From positions 4,969-68,968 of the forward strand of contig JBHPFX010000005.1 in NCBI GenBank assembly GCA_042570925.1: a DNA stretch of 64,000 nucleotides, written 5' to 3'. Positions 27,924-35,646 of the stretch are shown one piece after another. A program made the translations under genes and the position numbers. The DNA is from Patescibacteria group bacterium (GTDB lineage Bacteria; Patescibacteriota; Patescibacteriia; UBA10025). The notes under the pieces are model-generated. The model searched no databases. It saw nothing but the letters and a program-made list of their open reading frames with translations, and was not told where the DNA came from. Positions within the stretch are counted from its first letter, which is position 1, and every line of letters begins with the position of its first letter.

Positions 27924-28021
27924 CAAAAAGTCCTAATAAGTCCTGGTATTTGAGCACAGCAGGTATTTTACGGATTCATTAATCATGTGTAGGTTGGTTG
28001 TGGTATACTTGGTGATATATT

Positions 28022-28663
28022 ATGGACGAGATGGATGCACTTATAGACCAACTCATTCGAGAAGGGTATCTCAAGACACCCCGAATCGTTGAAGCATTCA
28101 GAAGAATAAAAAGAAAAGATTTTGTACTTCCAGAAATGAAAAACGAGTCGGCTGTAAACGCTCCTTTGCCGATTGGAAAAGGCCAAACAATTTCACAGCC
28201 GTTAACCGTAGCGTTTATGCTTGAACTTCTACAGCCCCAGAAAGATGATGTTGTCCTAGACATTGGATCGGGCTCTGGATGGCAAACTGCCATACTTGCT
28301 CATATCGTTGGTAAGAAAGGATCGGTCACGGCAATTGAAAGAATTCAATCTCTATCGGATTTTGGGAAAAAAAATGTAGAAAAATATTGTTTTACAAATA
28401 CTCAGTTTGTTTGCGGAGACGGAACACGGGGCTATCCACAAAACGCTCCTTTTGATAAAATAATTGTTGCTGCCGGAGCTCAAGAAATTCCGGACTCGCT
28501 TCTTAAACAGTTACGTATCGGCGGCAGGTTAGTCATCCCGGTAGGATTGTATGAGCAAGAAATTGTCATGCAGGAAAAAGTATTGAAGAATTCGATAAAA
28601 GAAAAAAGATTTCCGGGCTTTCAGTTTGTGCCACTTATCGCGGGCGAGATAAAAAAAGATTAA
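28022..28663 (+). CDS. pcm: Protein-L-isoaspartate O-methyltransferase
   Basis: 'GQTISQPLTVAFMLELL' and 'VLDIGSGSGWQTAILA' are PCMT signatures. Confidence 0.9.
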   Translation: MDEMDALIDQLIREGYLKTPRIVEAFRRIKRKDFVLPEMKNESAVNAPLPIGKGQTISQPLTVAFMLELLQPQKDDVVLDIGSGSGWQTAILAHIVGKKGSVTAIERIQSLSDFGKKNVEKYCFTNTQFVCGDGTRGYPQNAPFDKIIVAAGAQEIPDSLLKQLRIGGRLVIPVGLYEQEIVMQEKVLKNSIKEKRFPGFQFVPLIAGEIKKD

Positions 28664-28672
28664 ACAATTCAT

Positions 28673-29749
28673 ATGAAAGCAGTGCTACTTGCTGGAGGAG
28701 GGGGAACGCGTCTATGGCCGCTCTCACGATCCAGCTCTCCAAAACAATTAAAAGCATTTGTCGGACGCCAAACGCTCCTACAAAAGACGTTTACTCGAAT
28801 AAAAAAAATTGTCTCACAGCGCAACATCATGATTGCTGCGAATGTTCGTGATGTACAAACAATTTGTCGACAGCTTCCTTCATTTCCAAAGAAGCAGTTA
28901 TCACTTGAGCCGGTAAAGCGTGACACAGCAGCAGCAATTGGGTTGGCGGCACTTCGTATTGCCCATACAAATCCTAAAGAGATAATCTTCATGGTGAATG
29001 CTGATCATGTAATCATGGATGAGCAGGCGTATATTAAAACAATTCGTCTTGCCGAAGATGTTGTACGACAGCATCCCGACTATTCGGTTCTTGTCGGTCT
29101 TGAGCCTACATACCCAGAGACAGGCTATGGGTATATCAAGCTAAAAAAACTTCATCGGAAGATAGGGAAGAAAAAGATTTTTTACGCTGAACGCTTTATT
29201 GAGAAACCAACCATTGCAAAAGCGAAAAAATACATCAAAAGATGGAACTATCTCTGGAATCCGGCAATGTTTGTATGGCGCGTGGATCATCTTTTATCCT
29301 TATATAAAAAACATCTTCCCAGGCATTATCGGATTCTCATGAAAATCAAAAAATCGATTGGTACTAAGAAGGAAGATGCGACAGTTAAGAAACTTTTTTC
29401 TCAGATGCCGCCAATTTCGATAGATTTCGGCATTATGGAAAAACTGACAAAGATGCTTGTCATTCCCGCGTCGCTCGGCTGGGCTGATATCGGACATTGG
29501 CGGACTGTTCAGGAAATGCTTGAGAGTGGTTATGACGGAAACACGGTACGTGGTCATCACGTCGGGCTTGATACAAGCGACAGCTTAATATTTAACATGA
29601 CAGACCAGCTTGTCGCGACTGCAGGTGTAAAAAATGTTATAGTAATAAACACGGATGACGCAGTGCTCGTATGTGATCGGGAACATGCGCAAGATGTAAA
29701 AAAGATTGTCGAAATGATCAAAAAACGAAAATGGCTCAAATACCTGTAA
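28673..29749 (+). CDS. Mannose-1-phosphate guanylyltransferase-like nucleotidyltransferase
   Basis: 'AVLLAGGGGTRLWPLSRSSSPKQ' and 'GYGYI', plus 'FIEKP' and 'WNPAMFVW'. Confidence 0.85.
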   Translation: MKAVLLAGGGGTRLWPLSRSSSPKQLKAFVGRQTLLQKTFTRIKKIVSQRNIMIAANVRDVQTICRQLPSFPKKQLSLEPVKRDTAAAIGLAALRIAHTNPKEIIFMVNADHVIMDEQAYIKTIRLAEDVVRQHPDYSVLVGLEPTYPETGYGYIKLKKLHRKIGKKKIFYAERFIEKPTIAKAKKYIKRWNYLWNPAMFVWRVDHLLSLYKKHLPRHYRILMKIKKSIGTKKEDATVKKLFSQMPPISIDFGIMEKLTKMLVIPASLGWADIGHWRTVQEMLESGYDGNTVRGHHVGLDTSDSLIFNMTDQLVATAGVKNVIVINTDDAVLVCDREHAQDVKKIVEMIKKRKWLKYL

Positions 29750-30801
29750 ATAATTATCAGGCAGGACCACAAAAACGAATAGGAATATATATCGTATGGG
29801 CAGTAGTCCTTGTAGTGATTGTTGCGGTAGTTATTATTGTTGCGTTTTGGCAGCAGGTAACTTCGCCTCATTCATCAGATACGACTACACAGCTTTTTAC
29901 CATTGAAAAAGGGGAAGCAGTAAATGAGATTTCACTGAATTTACTGGAACTGGATCTTATTAGTAGTACGTGGAATTTTGAAACCTATGTCTATCTCGAT
30001 GGATCAGAAACAAGTTTTATTGCGGGTACATACAGTTTAAATCCATCATTTTCAATTCGAGAAATTGTACAGGTGCTAACACGTGGTGAGGTATCAAACG
30101 AGGATCAAATTACCATTATTGAAGGATGGACATCTCAGGATATTGCCATCTATCTTGAGGAAGAAGGGGTAGTGAGCTCAGATGATTTCCTGATAGTTGT
30201 GGATGTTGCGGATACCGCGTCGATTATAACTGATAAAACCTATTCATTTCTTGACGACAAACCAGCCACTGCAGGACTTGAGGGATTTCTTTTTCCTGAT
30301 ACTTATCGAATTTACTCGAATTCAGACTCGATTGATATCATCGAACGTATGCTTGATAACTTTGATGCTAAAGTGTCAGACGATACCATCGAAGGGTTTG
30401 AGGAACAGGGATTATCAGTTTTTGAAGCCGTGACTCTCGCGAGTATTGTAGAAAAAGAAGTACGCACCACAGAAGATAAAAAAATTGCTGCTGGTATTTT
30501 TCTCACTCGGATTGAAAATGGTATTGCGCTTCAGTCCGATGCGACAGTCAATTATGTCACAGGAAAAAATGCACTCCAGCCGACCTCAGAAGACCTGGAA
30601 GCTGATTCACTTTATAATACATATCAGTATGCCGGACTACCGCCAGGTCCTATCGCAAATCCCTCGGTTTCATCTCTCGAGGCGGTAGCGGATCCCACCG
30701 ATACTGACTATCTCTACTTTCTTACAAAGCCGGATGGGACAACGGTATTTAGCAAGACGTACGACGAGCATTTATCAAATAAAAGGAAATATTTACAATG
30801 A
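29731..30801 (+). CDS. mltG: Endolytic murein transglycosylase (YceG family)
   Basis: N-terminal TM helix, 'EGFLFPDTY', 'ASIVEKE', 'LPPGPIANPS', 'YLYFL..PDGTTVFSKTYDEH'. Confidence 0.85.
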   Translation: MAQIPVNNYQAGPQKRIGIYIVWAVVLVVIVAVVIIVAFWQQVTSPHSSDTTTQLFTIEKGEAVNEISLNLLELDLISSTWNFETYVYLDGSETSFIAGTYSLNPSFSIREIVQVLTRGEVSNEDQITIIEGWTSQDIAIYLEEEGVVSSDDFLIVVDVADTASIITDKTYSFLDDKPATAGLEGFLFPDTYRIYSNSDSIDIIERMLDNFDAKVSDDTIEGFEEQGLSVFEAVTLASIVEKEVRTTEDKKIAAGIFLTRIENGIALQSDATVNYVTGKNALQPTSEDLEADSLYNTYQYAGLPPGPIANPSVSSLEAVADPTDTDYLYFLTKPDGTTVFSKTYDEHLSNKRKYLQ

Positions 30802-31487
30802 GTAACCGGAAGACCATAGTCTTGTCACTTGGCGGTTCGATCATCATTCCTGAAAGAATAAATGTTTCGTATGTAAGGAGATTTAAAGCTAAGATTCTTG
30901 ATTTAACCAAAAAAGGATACCGATTCGTTATCGTAACAGGCGGGGGAGACGTATGCAGGGAATATCAAAAAGCCTCCAGACGAGTACATCCGAATATCAT
31001 CCCCGCTGATCTTGATTGGCTTGGCATTGCTGCAACGAAATTAAATGCAGAATTTATCCGAACCGTATTTGGAACGCACGCGTATCATGAAGTGATTCAA
31101 AATCCCACAAAGCGTGCGGTTACTGACAAAAAAATTATTGTTGGTGCCGGATGGAAGCCGGGATATTCTTCTGATAAAGACAGTGTCATGCTCGCACAGA
31201 CGTATGGGGCGAAAACGCTGGTCAATTTAAGTAATATCAAGTATGTCTATACGGCAGATCCCAAAAAAGTGAAAAGCGCCAAGCCGATAAAAGATATGAG
31301 CTGGGATGACTTACTAAATTTAACCGGTCGAAAATGGAAACCAGGTGCCCATGTACCGTTTGATCCTGAAGCTTCGAAATTGGCAAAACAGCTGGGACTC
31401 CGCGTAGTGGTATGTCTCGGGACAGACTTAACAAACTTTCAAGCTATCATCGAGGGAAGAAAGTTTATCGGGACGCTAATTGAATAG
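30798..31487 (+). CDS. pyrH: UMP kinase, short archaeal-like type
   Basis: Amino-acid-kinase fold with 'IVLSLGGSII' and 'VIVTGGG'. 229 aa. ATGA overlap with mltG. Confidence 0.8.
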   Translation: MSNRKTIVLSLGGSIIIPERINVSYVRRFKAKILDLTKKGYRFVIVTGGGDVCREYQKASRRVHPNIIPADLDWLGIAATKLNAEFIRTVFGTHAYHEVIQNPTKRAVTDKKIIVGAGWKPGYSSDKDSVMLAQTYGAKTLVNLSNIKYVYTADPKKVKSAKPIKDMSWDDLLNLTGRKWKPGAHVPFDPEASKLAKQLGLRVVVCLGTDLTNFQAIIEGRKFIGTLIE

Positions 31488-32195
31488 TTTGAAGGAGAAA
31501 ATTGATTTGAGCACCGTTTTAACTTCTGCGTCAAGCAGCACTTCGTGACCTGACTCGCTCAGCCAGATCATGTCTTTTTTCTTTGATGGGATTGTTGAAT
31601 AGATATGAAGCGCGCCTGATGGGTTGGCAACCAAGTCTTTTTTTGAATGAATGATCCTCACAGGCTGGTGGATTTTTTCAAGTACCGAATCAAAATGCTG
31701 TGTTCGCAGCCAGTACTGCTTGAAGGCAGATGTTGGAAACCATAAATATCCTTTATCATGTTTTGCGTACTTATGAGAACTGAATTTTGCCGTACTTGGA
31801 TTTGGAAATCTATTAACGAACCTGCTGATCGTATTTGTATATTTCGCAAGCTTAAGCTTGAAATGCAGGGCAGGGGAAAGCAGTACAAGTCCTGCAACTT
31901 TTTCTGGATACTTCTCAGCCAATTCAAGAGCAAGCAATGTGCCCATTGATAGTGCGATAATAACAACACGATCATTTGTTTGTAATAAATACTTCAATCC
32001 CATTTCAGCATCCTGTTGCCAATGATCCCACGTTTTATCAGTTAAATCCTTTGGATTCGAACCGTGCCCGGCGAGGATGGGGTAATGCCAGGGGATTTTT
32101 CTCTTGTCTAATTCGGGTATGACTGCCTCAAGACTTGATCTATGTGAGGTAAAGCCGTGCAAGAGAAGGCAACTTGTTTTTGATTTCTTAGTCAT
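31476..32195 (-). CDS. Alpha/beta hydrolase (carboxylesterase/lysophospholipase-like)
   Basis: 'CLLLHGFTS', nucleophile elbow 'ALSMGT', and C-terminal 'SGHEV'. The gene converges on pyrH with a 12-nt overlap. Confidence 0.75.
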   Translation of the reverse strand: MTKKSKTSCLLLHGFTSHRSSLEAVIPELDKRKIPWHYPILAGHGSNPKDLTDKTWDHWQQDAEMGLKYLLQTNDRVVIIALSMGTLLALELAEKYPEKVAGLVLLSPALHFKLKLAKYTNTISRFVNRFPNPSTAKFSSHKYAKHDKGYLWFPTSAFKQYWLRTQHFDSVLEKIHQPVRIIHSKKDLVANPSGALHIYSTIPSKKKDMIWLSESGHEVLLDAEVKTVLKSIFSFKLFN

Positions 32196-32307
32196 ATCAC
32201 AAGTATTACATATTTATTAAAAAAAGTAAGTATACCGTTGCTTTTTATTAATGAATGCTGTAGAGTCTATAAATAAAAGTGAACATTTTTTAAGGAGGCA
32301 ATATCAA

Positions 32308-32640
32308 ATGTCACACTCCAGTTATCATGTTTTTCATTCGGATGGGAAGCTTTGCGCCATGCTTACAATTCCAGTTCCTTCCCAAACCGTTGATCCGAAA
32401 CAAGAGTTGGTAATAGGTACGTTTCCGGATGCTCGAGAAGGAGATACTGTTGTCAGTGGCGAAGTCGGTTTAGCGCTGGCAAGAATATTCACTCAGAACG
32501 ACACCGAGTTCCTGGTTGTGTCGGGTGGTGCACACGACGGGGAGATATTCATTTTTCCCAAAATGTACGGTAATCTCGTCGGCAAGCGGATCAATGTTGT
32601 TGTGCGGGGTGGTGAGCTTGCTTTCGAACCGATCATATAG
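32308..32640 (+). CDS. Hypothetical protein
   Basis: I chose the internal ATG at 32308 because AAGGAGG lies 8 nt upstream. No motif recognised. Confidence 0.45.
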   Translation: MSHSSYHVFHSDGKLCAMLTIPVPSQTVDPKQELVIGTFPDAREGDTVVSGEVGLALARIFTQNDTEFLVVSGGAHDGEIFIFPKMYGNLVGKRINVVVRGGELAFEPII

Positions 32641-32690
32641 CCCTAAGGCCGAAAGAGACAGATACCACGTCTCGAGTAGGCCTTTTTCAT

Positions 32691-32732
32691 ATAATAAAAC
32701 CGCTCCCTCGAGTATAACTCGATGAGAGCGGT
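32691..32732 (-). terminator. Intrinsic terminator after gap
   Basis: The stem accgctc/gagcggt encloses an inner hairpin. A U-run follows on the minus strand. Confidence 0.6.
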
Positions 32733-32757
32733 CTGAGACAGAGCGACGAGCGTGAGT

Positions 32758-33762
32758 TTACGCCGCCATTTTTCTCAAGACATCGATGAGGCGGCAGACA
32801 TAGGCCCACTCATTGTCGTACCAGGATCCGACGTAGAAAAGCTTCGGACCCCATTTGTGCGTCAGTGTGGTGTCGAAGATGCTGCTTTCCGGTCTGCCGA
32901 TCACGTCAGAGCTGACGATCGGATCATCATTGATCGCCAGGAAGCCGGTCATGGAACCCGCGGCATCTGCCCGTAGGGCCTCATGAAGTGCGTCGACATT
33001 GGGATCGGCATCCAACTGAAGTATCAATTCAAGAAGTGAAGCGTCCGAGACGGGCGTCCTCATTGCGATACCTGACAGAAGACCATCCAACTCTGGCAGG
33101 ACTAAGCCGATTGCACTTGCTGCTCCTGTCGAAGCGGGAATGATATTCTGTGCTGCATTGCGGGCACGGCGTGCATCTTTGTGCGCTGCGTCGGTCAGAT
33201 TCTGATCACCTGTATATGCGTGGATCGTCGACGCGAAGCCATGTCGAATGACGAAATGTGCATGGATTGACTTGGCAACCGGTGCCAGACAGTTGGTCGT
33301 GCATGTTCCGTTGGAAACGATTGTCATGTCGGATGTCAGAACTGAGTCATTGACACCCATGACAATCGTTGCATCGACGTCTCCGGGTGTCTTTCCCGAT
33401 ACGGTGAGGAGCACCTTCTGTGCGCCGGCTGACAGATGTCCCGAAATTGAATTACGGTCCCTGAAAATGCCGGTACTCTCGAGGACGAATTCGGCTCCGA
33501 GTGAAGACCACGGCAAATTGGTCGGATCAGGTTCCTGTATCATCGGACAGCGATGTCCATCAACGACCAGTTCGCCCGAATCATGTTGCACGGTGTTTGT
33601 GAGAACGCCATGTACGGTATCGTACTTCAGAAGGTGGGCCAACACAGGTGCATTGTCGAGATCGTTGACACCCACGATTTCGATATCGGGGTACCCCATT
33701 GTCGCTCGGTAGAATAGTCTACCTATCCTGCCGAATCCGTTGATACCTACCTTAATGCTCAT
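32758..33762 (-). CDS. gap: Glyceraldehyde-3-phosphate dehydrogenase
   Basis: 'INGFGRIGR' and active site 'SNGTCTTNCLAP', plus 'WYDNEW'. AGGAGG lies upstream. The gene is visibly more GC-rich than its neighbours. Confidence 0.95.
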   Translation of the reverse strand: MSIKVGINGFGRIGRLFYRATMGYPDIEIVGVNDLDNAPVLAHLLKYDTVHGVLTNTVQHDSGELVVDGHRCPMIQEPDPTNLPWSSLGAEFVLESTGIFRDRNSISGHLSAGAQKVLLTVSGKTPGDVDATIVMGVNDSVLTSDMTIVSNGTCTTNCLAPVAKSIHAHFVIRHGFASTIHAYTGDQNLTDAAHKDARRARNAAQNIIPASTGAASAIGLVLPELDGLLSGIAMRTPVSDASLLELILQLDADPNVDALHEALRADAAGSMTGFLAINDDPIVSSDVIGRPESSIFDTTLTHKWGPKLFYVGSWYDNEWAYVCRLIDVLRKMAA

Positions 33763-33986
33763 CGTTCCTTACCTCCTGCTTTTGTGTCTAGAAATGCTTC
33801 TAGACGATGAAGAGTGCTTTGTTGGTTTTCAGCAAATTAAGTAACTGTAGTTTATTACGTATTGATTTGCAAGTTAATAATACTACTGGCTACGATATGT
33901 TGATCTTATTTGGAGGACTGATATACTACGTTTTGAAAACTGTTTGTTCATTTTATCTGAAACTCTCTAAACGCGAGGAGGTTGTC

Positions 33987-34313
33987 ATGGGCTTATTTGG
34001 TTCTGACATCGAAATGACCATCGAGCATGGTCAATCACCCGATGAGGTGATCCGACGGCTTACAGCCGATCTTGAAGCACGGCTTCAAACAGCGTACCCC
34101 GATGGGGGAATTGGCAACCTTACCCAGAGTTGGTCTGGCGGGCGAGGGAGTTTCAGTTGTACTGCTGGCGGGCATTCTCTTTCAGGAGAAATGACGGTCG
34201 GCGCATCATCGCTCTATATAAAGGTCGAATTACCCGCCTTTGCAGGACTGGCCATCGATACCGATGGCCTTAAAAGCTCGGTCTCAAAACAAATACGAGA
34301 CCTACTCAAATAA
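33987..34313 (+). CDS. Small protein resembling the putative polyhydroxyalkanoate-system protein family (PHA_gran_rgn-like)
   Basis: The start was moved to the ATG preceded by GAGGAGG. 'GRGSFSCTAGGHSLSGEMTVGASSLYIKVELP' fits my memory of that roughly 100-aa family. The assignment is weak. Confidence 0.45.
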   Translation: MGLFGSDIEMTIEHGQSPDEVIRRLTADLEARLQTAYPDGGIGNLTQSWSGGRGSFSCTAGGHSLSGEMTVGASSLYIKVELPAFAGLAIDTDGLKSSVSKQIRDLLK

Positions 34314-34386
34314 CAAACATTCATGACCTGTTTCTGGGCCTCGGCGAAAGCTCGAGGCCCTCTTCCAATACGTTTTGAGACTCTGC

Positions 34387-34414
34387 TTGACACTTTTTTC
34401 CTATCATATATACT
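34387..34414 (+). promoter_or_regulatory. rplJL promoter TTGACA-N16-TATACT
   Basis: Read directly from the sequence. It precedes a leader of about 150 nt. Confidence 0.6.
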
Positions 34415-34571
34415 GACATTCACAATCAACATCTTCCGCAGACCGTAGGTGTTCTGAGCGAAAGCGAAGAGCTTAAACTCCCATAATAAGGAAACCTGCG
34501 CAGGATCGAGCCTCTAGATAGAGGTGCGCGTCGTGTACAAAAAACTGCGGAAGTAACCCGCAGATTTTTTT
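34415..34571 (+). promoter_or_regulatory. Candidate L10 (rplJ) leader with terminator-like hairpin abutting the start codon
   Basis: Long structured 5' UTR. The hairpin 'ctgcgg-aagtaac-ccgcag' plus T7 (34545..34571) ends at the ATG. This is consistent with L10/L12 autoregulatory leaders. Confidence 0.45.
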
Positions 34572-35096
34572 ATGCCAAAAACGAAAGCTCAGAAGGAAGT
34601 AACACTACAAAAACTCGAGAAAGATCTCAAGGAAGTCTTGAGTGTCATTTTCGTCCGTCAGGACGGTTTGACGGCAAGCGAAGAGGTGGCATTACGGAAA
34701 TCTCTTCGTGAAGAAAAAGTGGAATACGGTATTGTGAAAAAAACGCTTTTAACTAAAGCGCTTGCTTCACAAGGTTTTAAGGGAGATGTAGTTAAGTCTT
34801 TTACTGGAACAATAGCTGCAGCATATGGAAAAGAAGACGAGGTTGCACCGGCAAAGATTCTTAATACTTTCAGCAAGGAACATAAGGTAGTCAAGTTTCT
34901 CGGAGGAATTGTGAGTGGATCGTTCATGAGTGCTGAAGAAACTACAGCATTCGCACAACTCCCTAGTAAGAAAGAGCTTCTTGGACAGCTGGTATCTGTT
35001 GTTGCTGGACCACTGCGAGGATTGGTCAACGTAGTACAGGGTAATCTAAAGAATCTTATTTTTGCACTCAAGGCTATAGAGGAACAAAAGAAATAA
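34572..35096 (+). CDS. rplJ: 50S ribosomal protein L10
   Basis: Position immediately upstream of rplL. The L10-like N-terminus 'KAQKEVTLQKLEKDLKE' and its length fit. Confidence 0.9.
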   Translation: MPKTKAQKEVTLQKLEKDLKEVLSVIFVRQDGLTASEEVALRKSLREEKVEYGIVKKTLLTKALASQGFKGDVVKSFTGTIAAAYGKEDEVAPAKILNTFSKEHKVVKFLGGIVSGSFMSAEETTAFAQLPSKKELLGQLVSVVAGPLRGLVNVVQGNLKNLIFALKAIEEQKK

Positions 35097-35134
35097 TTTA
35101 TTAATAAATCGTTAATACCATTTACAAAAAACAT

Positions 35135-35575
35135 ATGGCAGACGAAGAAAAAAAGGAAGAAGGAGCTAAGACGGACGACAAGCCTGTTGAGGTTCCGGAG
35201 AAGTTTAAGAGCCTGGTAAGTGAAGTTGAGAAGCTTACTGCGCTTGAACTGTCAGAGCTTGTAAAAGTTCTGGAAGACAAATTTGGCGTTTCTGCTCAGG
35301 CACCCATGATGGTTGCGGGCGGAGCTGCAGCAGGTGCAGCCGGCGATGCGGGCGCTGAAGAGAAATCAAGTTTTGATGTTGAGCTGACATCAGCCGGTGG
35401 AACTAAAATTGCCGTCATCAAGGTGGTCCGTGAAGCAACACAAAAGGGACTGAAGGAAGCTAAAGACATGGTTGATGCCGCACCGAAGGTTATTAAAGAA
35501 GGAGCTGGTAAAGAAGAGGCTGAAGAACTCAAGAAGAAGCTCGAAGAGGCTGGAGCAACAGTTACACTGAAATAA
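35135..35575 (+). CDS. rplL: 50S ribosomal protein L7/L12, with an extended acidic/Lys-rich N-terminus
   Basis: '[17 protein letters not shown]', an Ala/Gly hinge, and '[22 protein letters not shown]...[20 protein letters not shown]'. Confidence 0.95.
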   Translation: MADEEKKEEGAKTDDKPVEVPEKFKSLVSEVEKLTALELSELVKVLEDKFGVSAQAPMMVAGGAAAGAAGDAGAEEKSSFDVELTSAGGTKIAVIKVVREATQKGLKEAKDMVDAAPKVIKEGAGKEEAEELKKKLEEAGATVTLK

Positions 35576-35593
35576 TTCCTGTATACGTATTTT

Positions 35594-35626
35594 AAAAACT
35601 CCCTCTGTTAATCAGAGGGAGTTTTT
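35594..35626. terminator. Bidirectional terminator after rplL and the convergent 750-aa gene
   Basis: A 10-bp stem actccctctg/cagagggagt flanked by A5 and T5. Confidence 0.8.
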
Positions 35627-35646
35627 GTATGTAGGTAAGAATTTCT

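Noticed and set aside
33248-33712. 154-aa plus-strand ORF inside gap, and similar antisense ORFs inside pilB, pilC, the 750-aa gene and the kinase gene.
   Set aside because: They are antisense to genes with unambiguous conserved motifs, so they are shadow ORFs.
33807-33986. The long N-terminal extension of ORF 33807..34313.
   Set aside because: The extension is AT-rich with an odd composition. A strong GAGGAGG SD precedes the internal ATG at 33987, which matches the roughly 100-aa size expected for the family.
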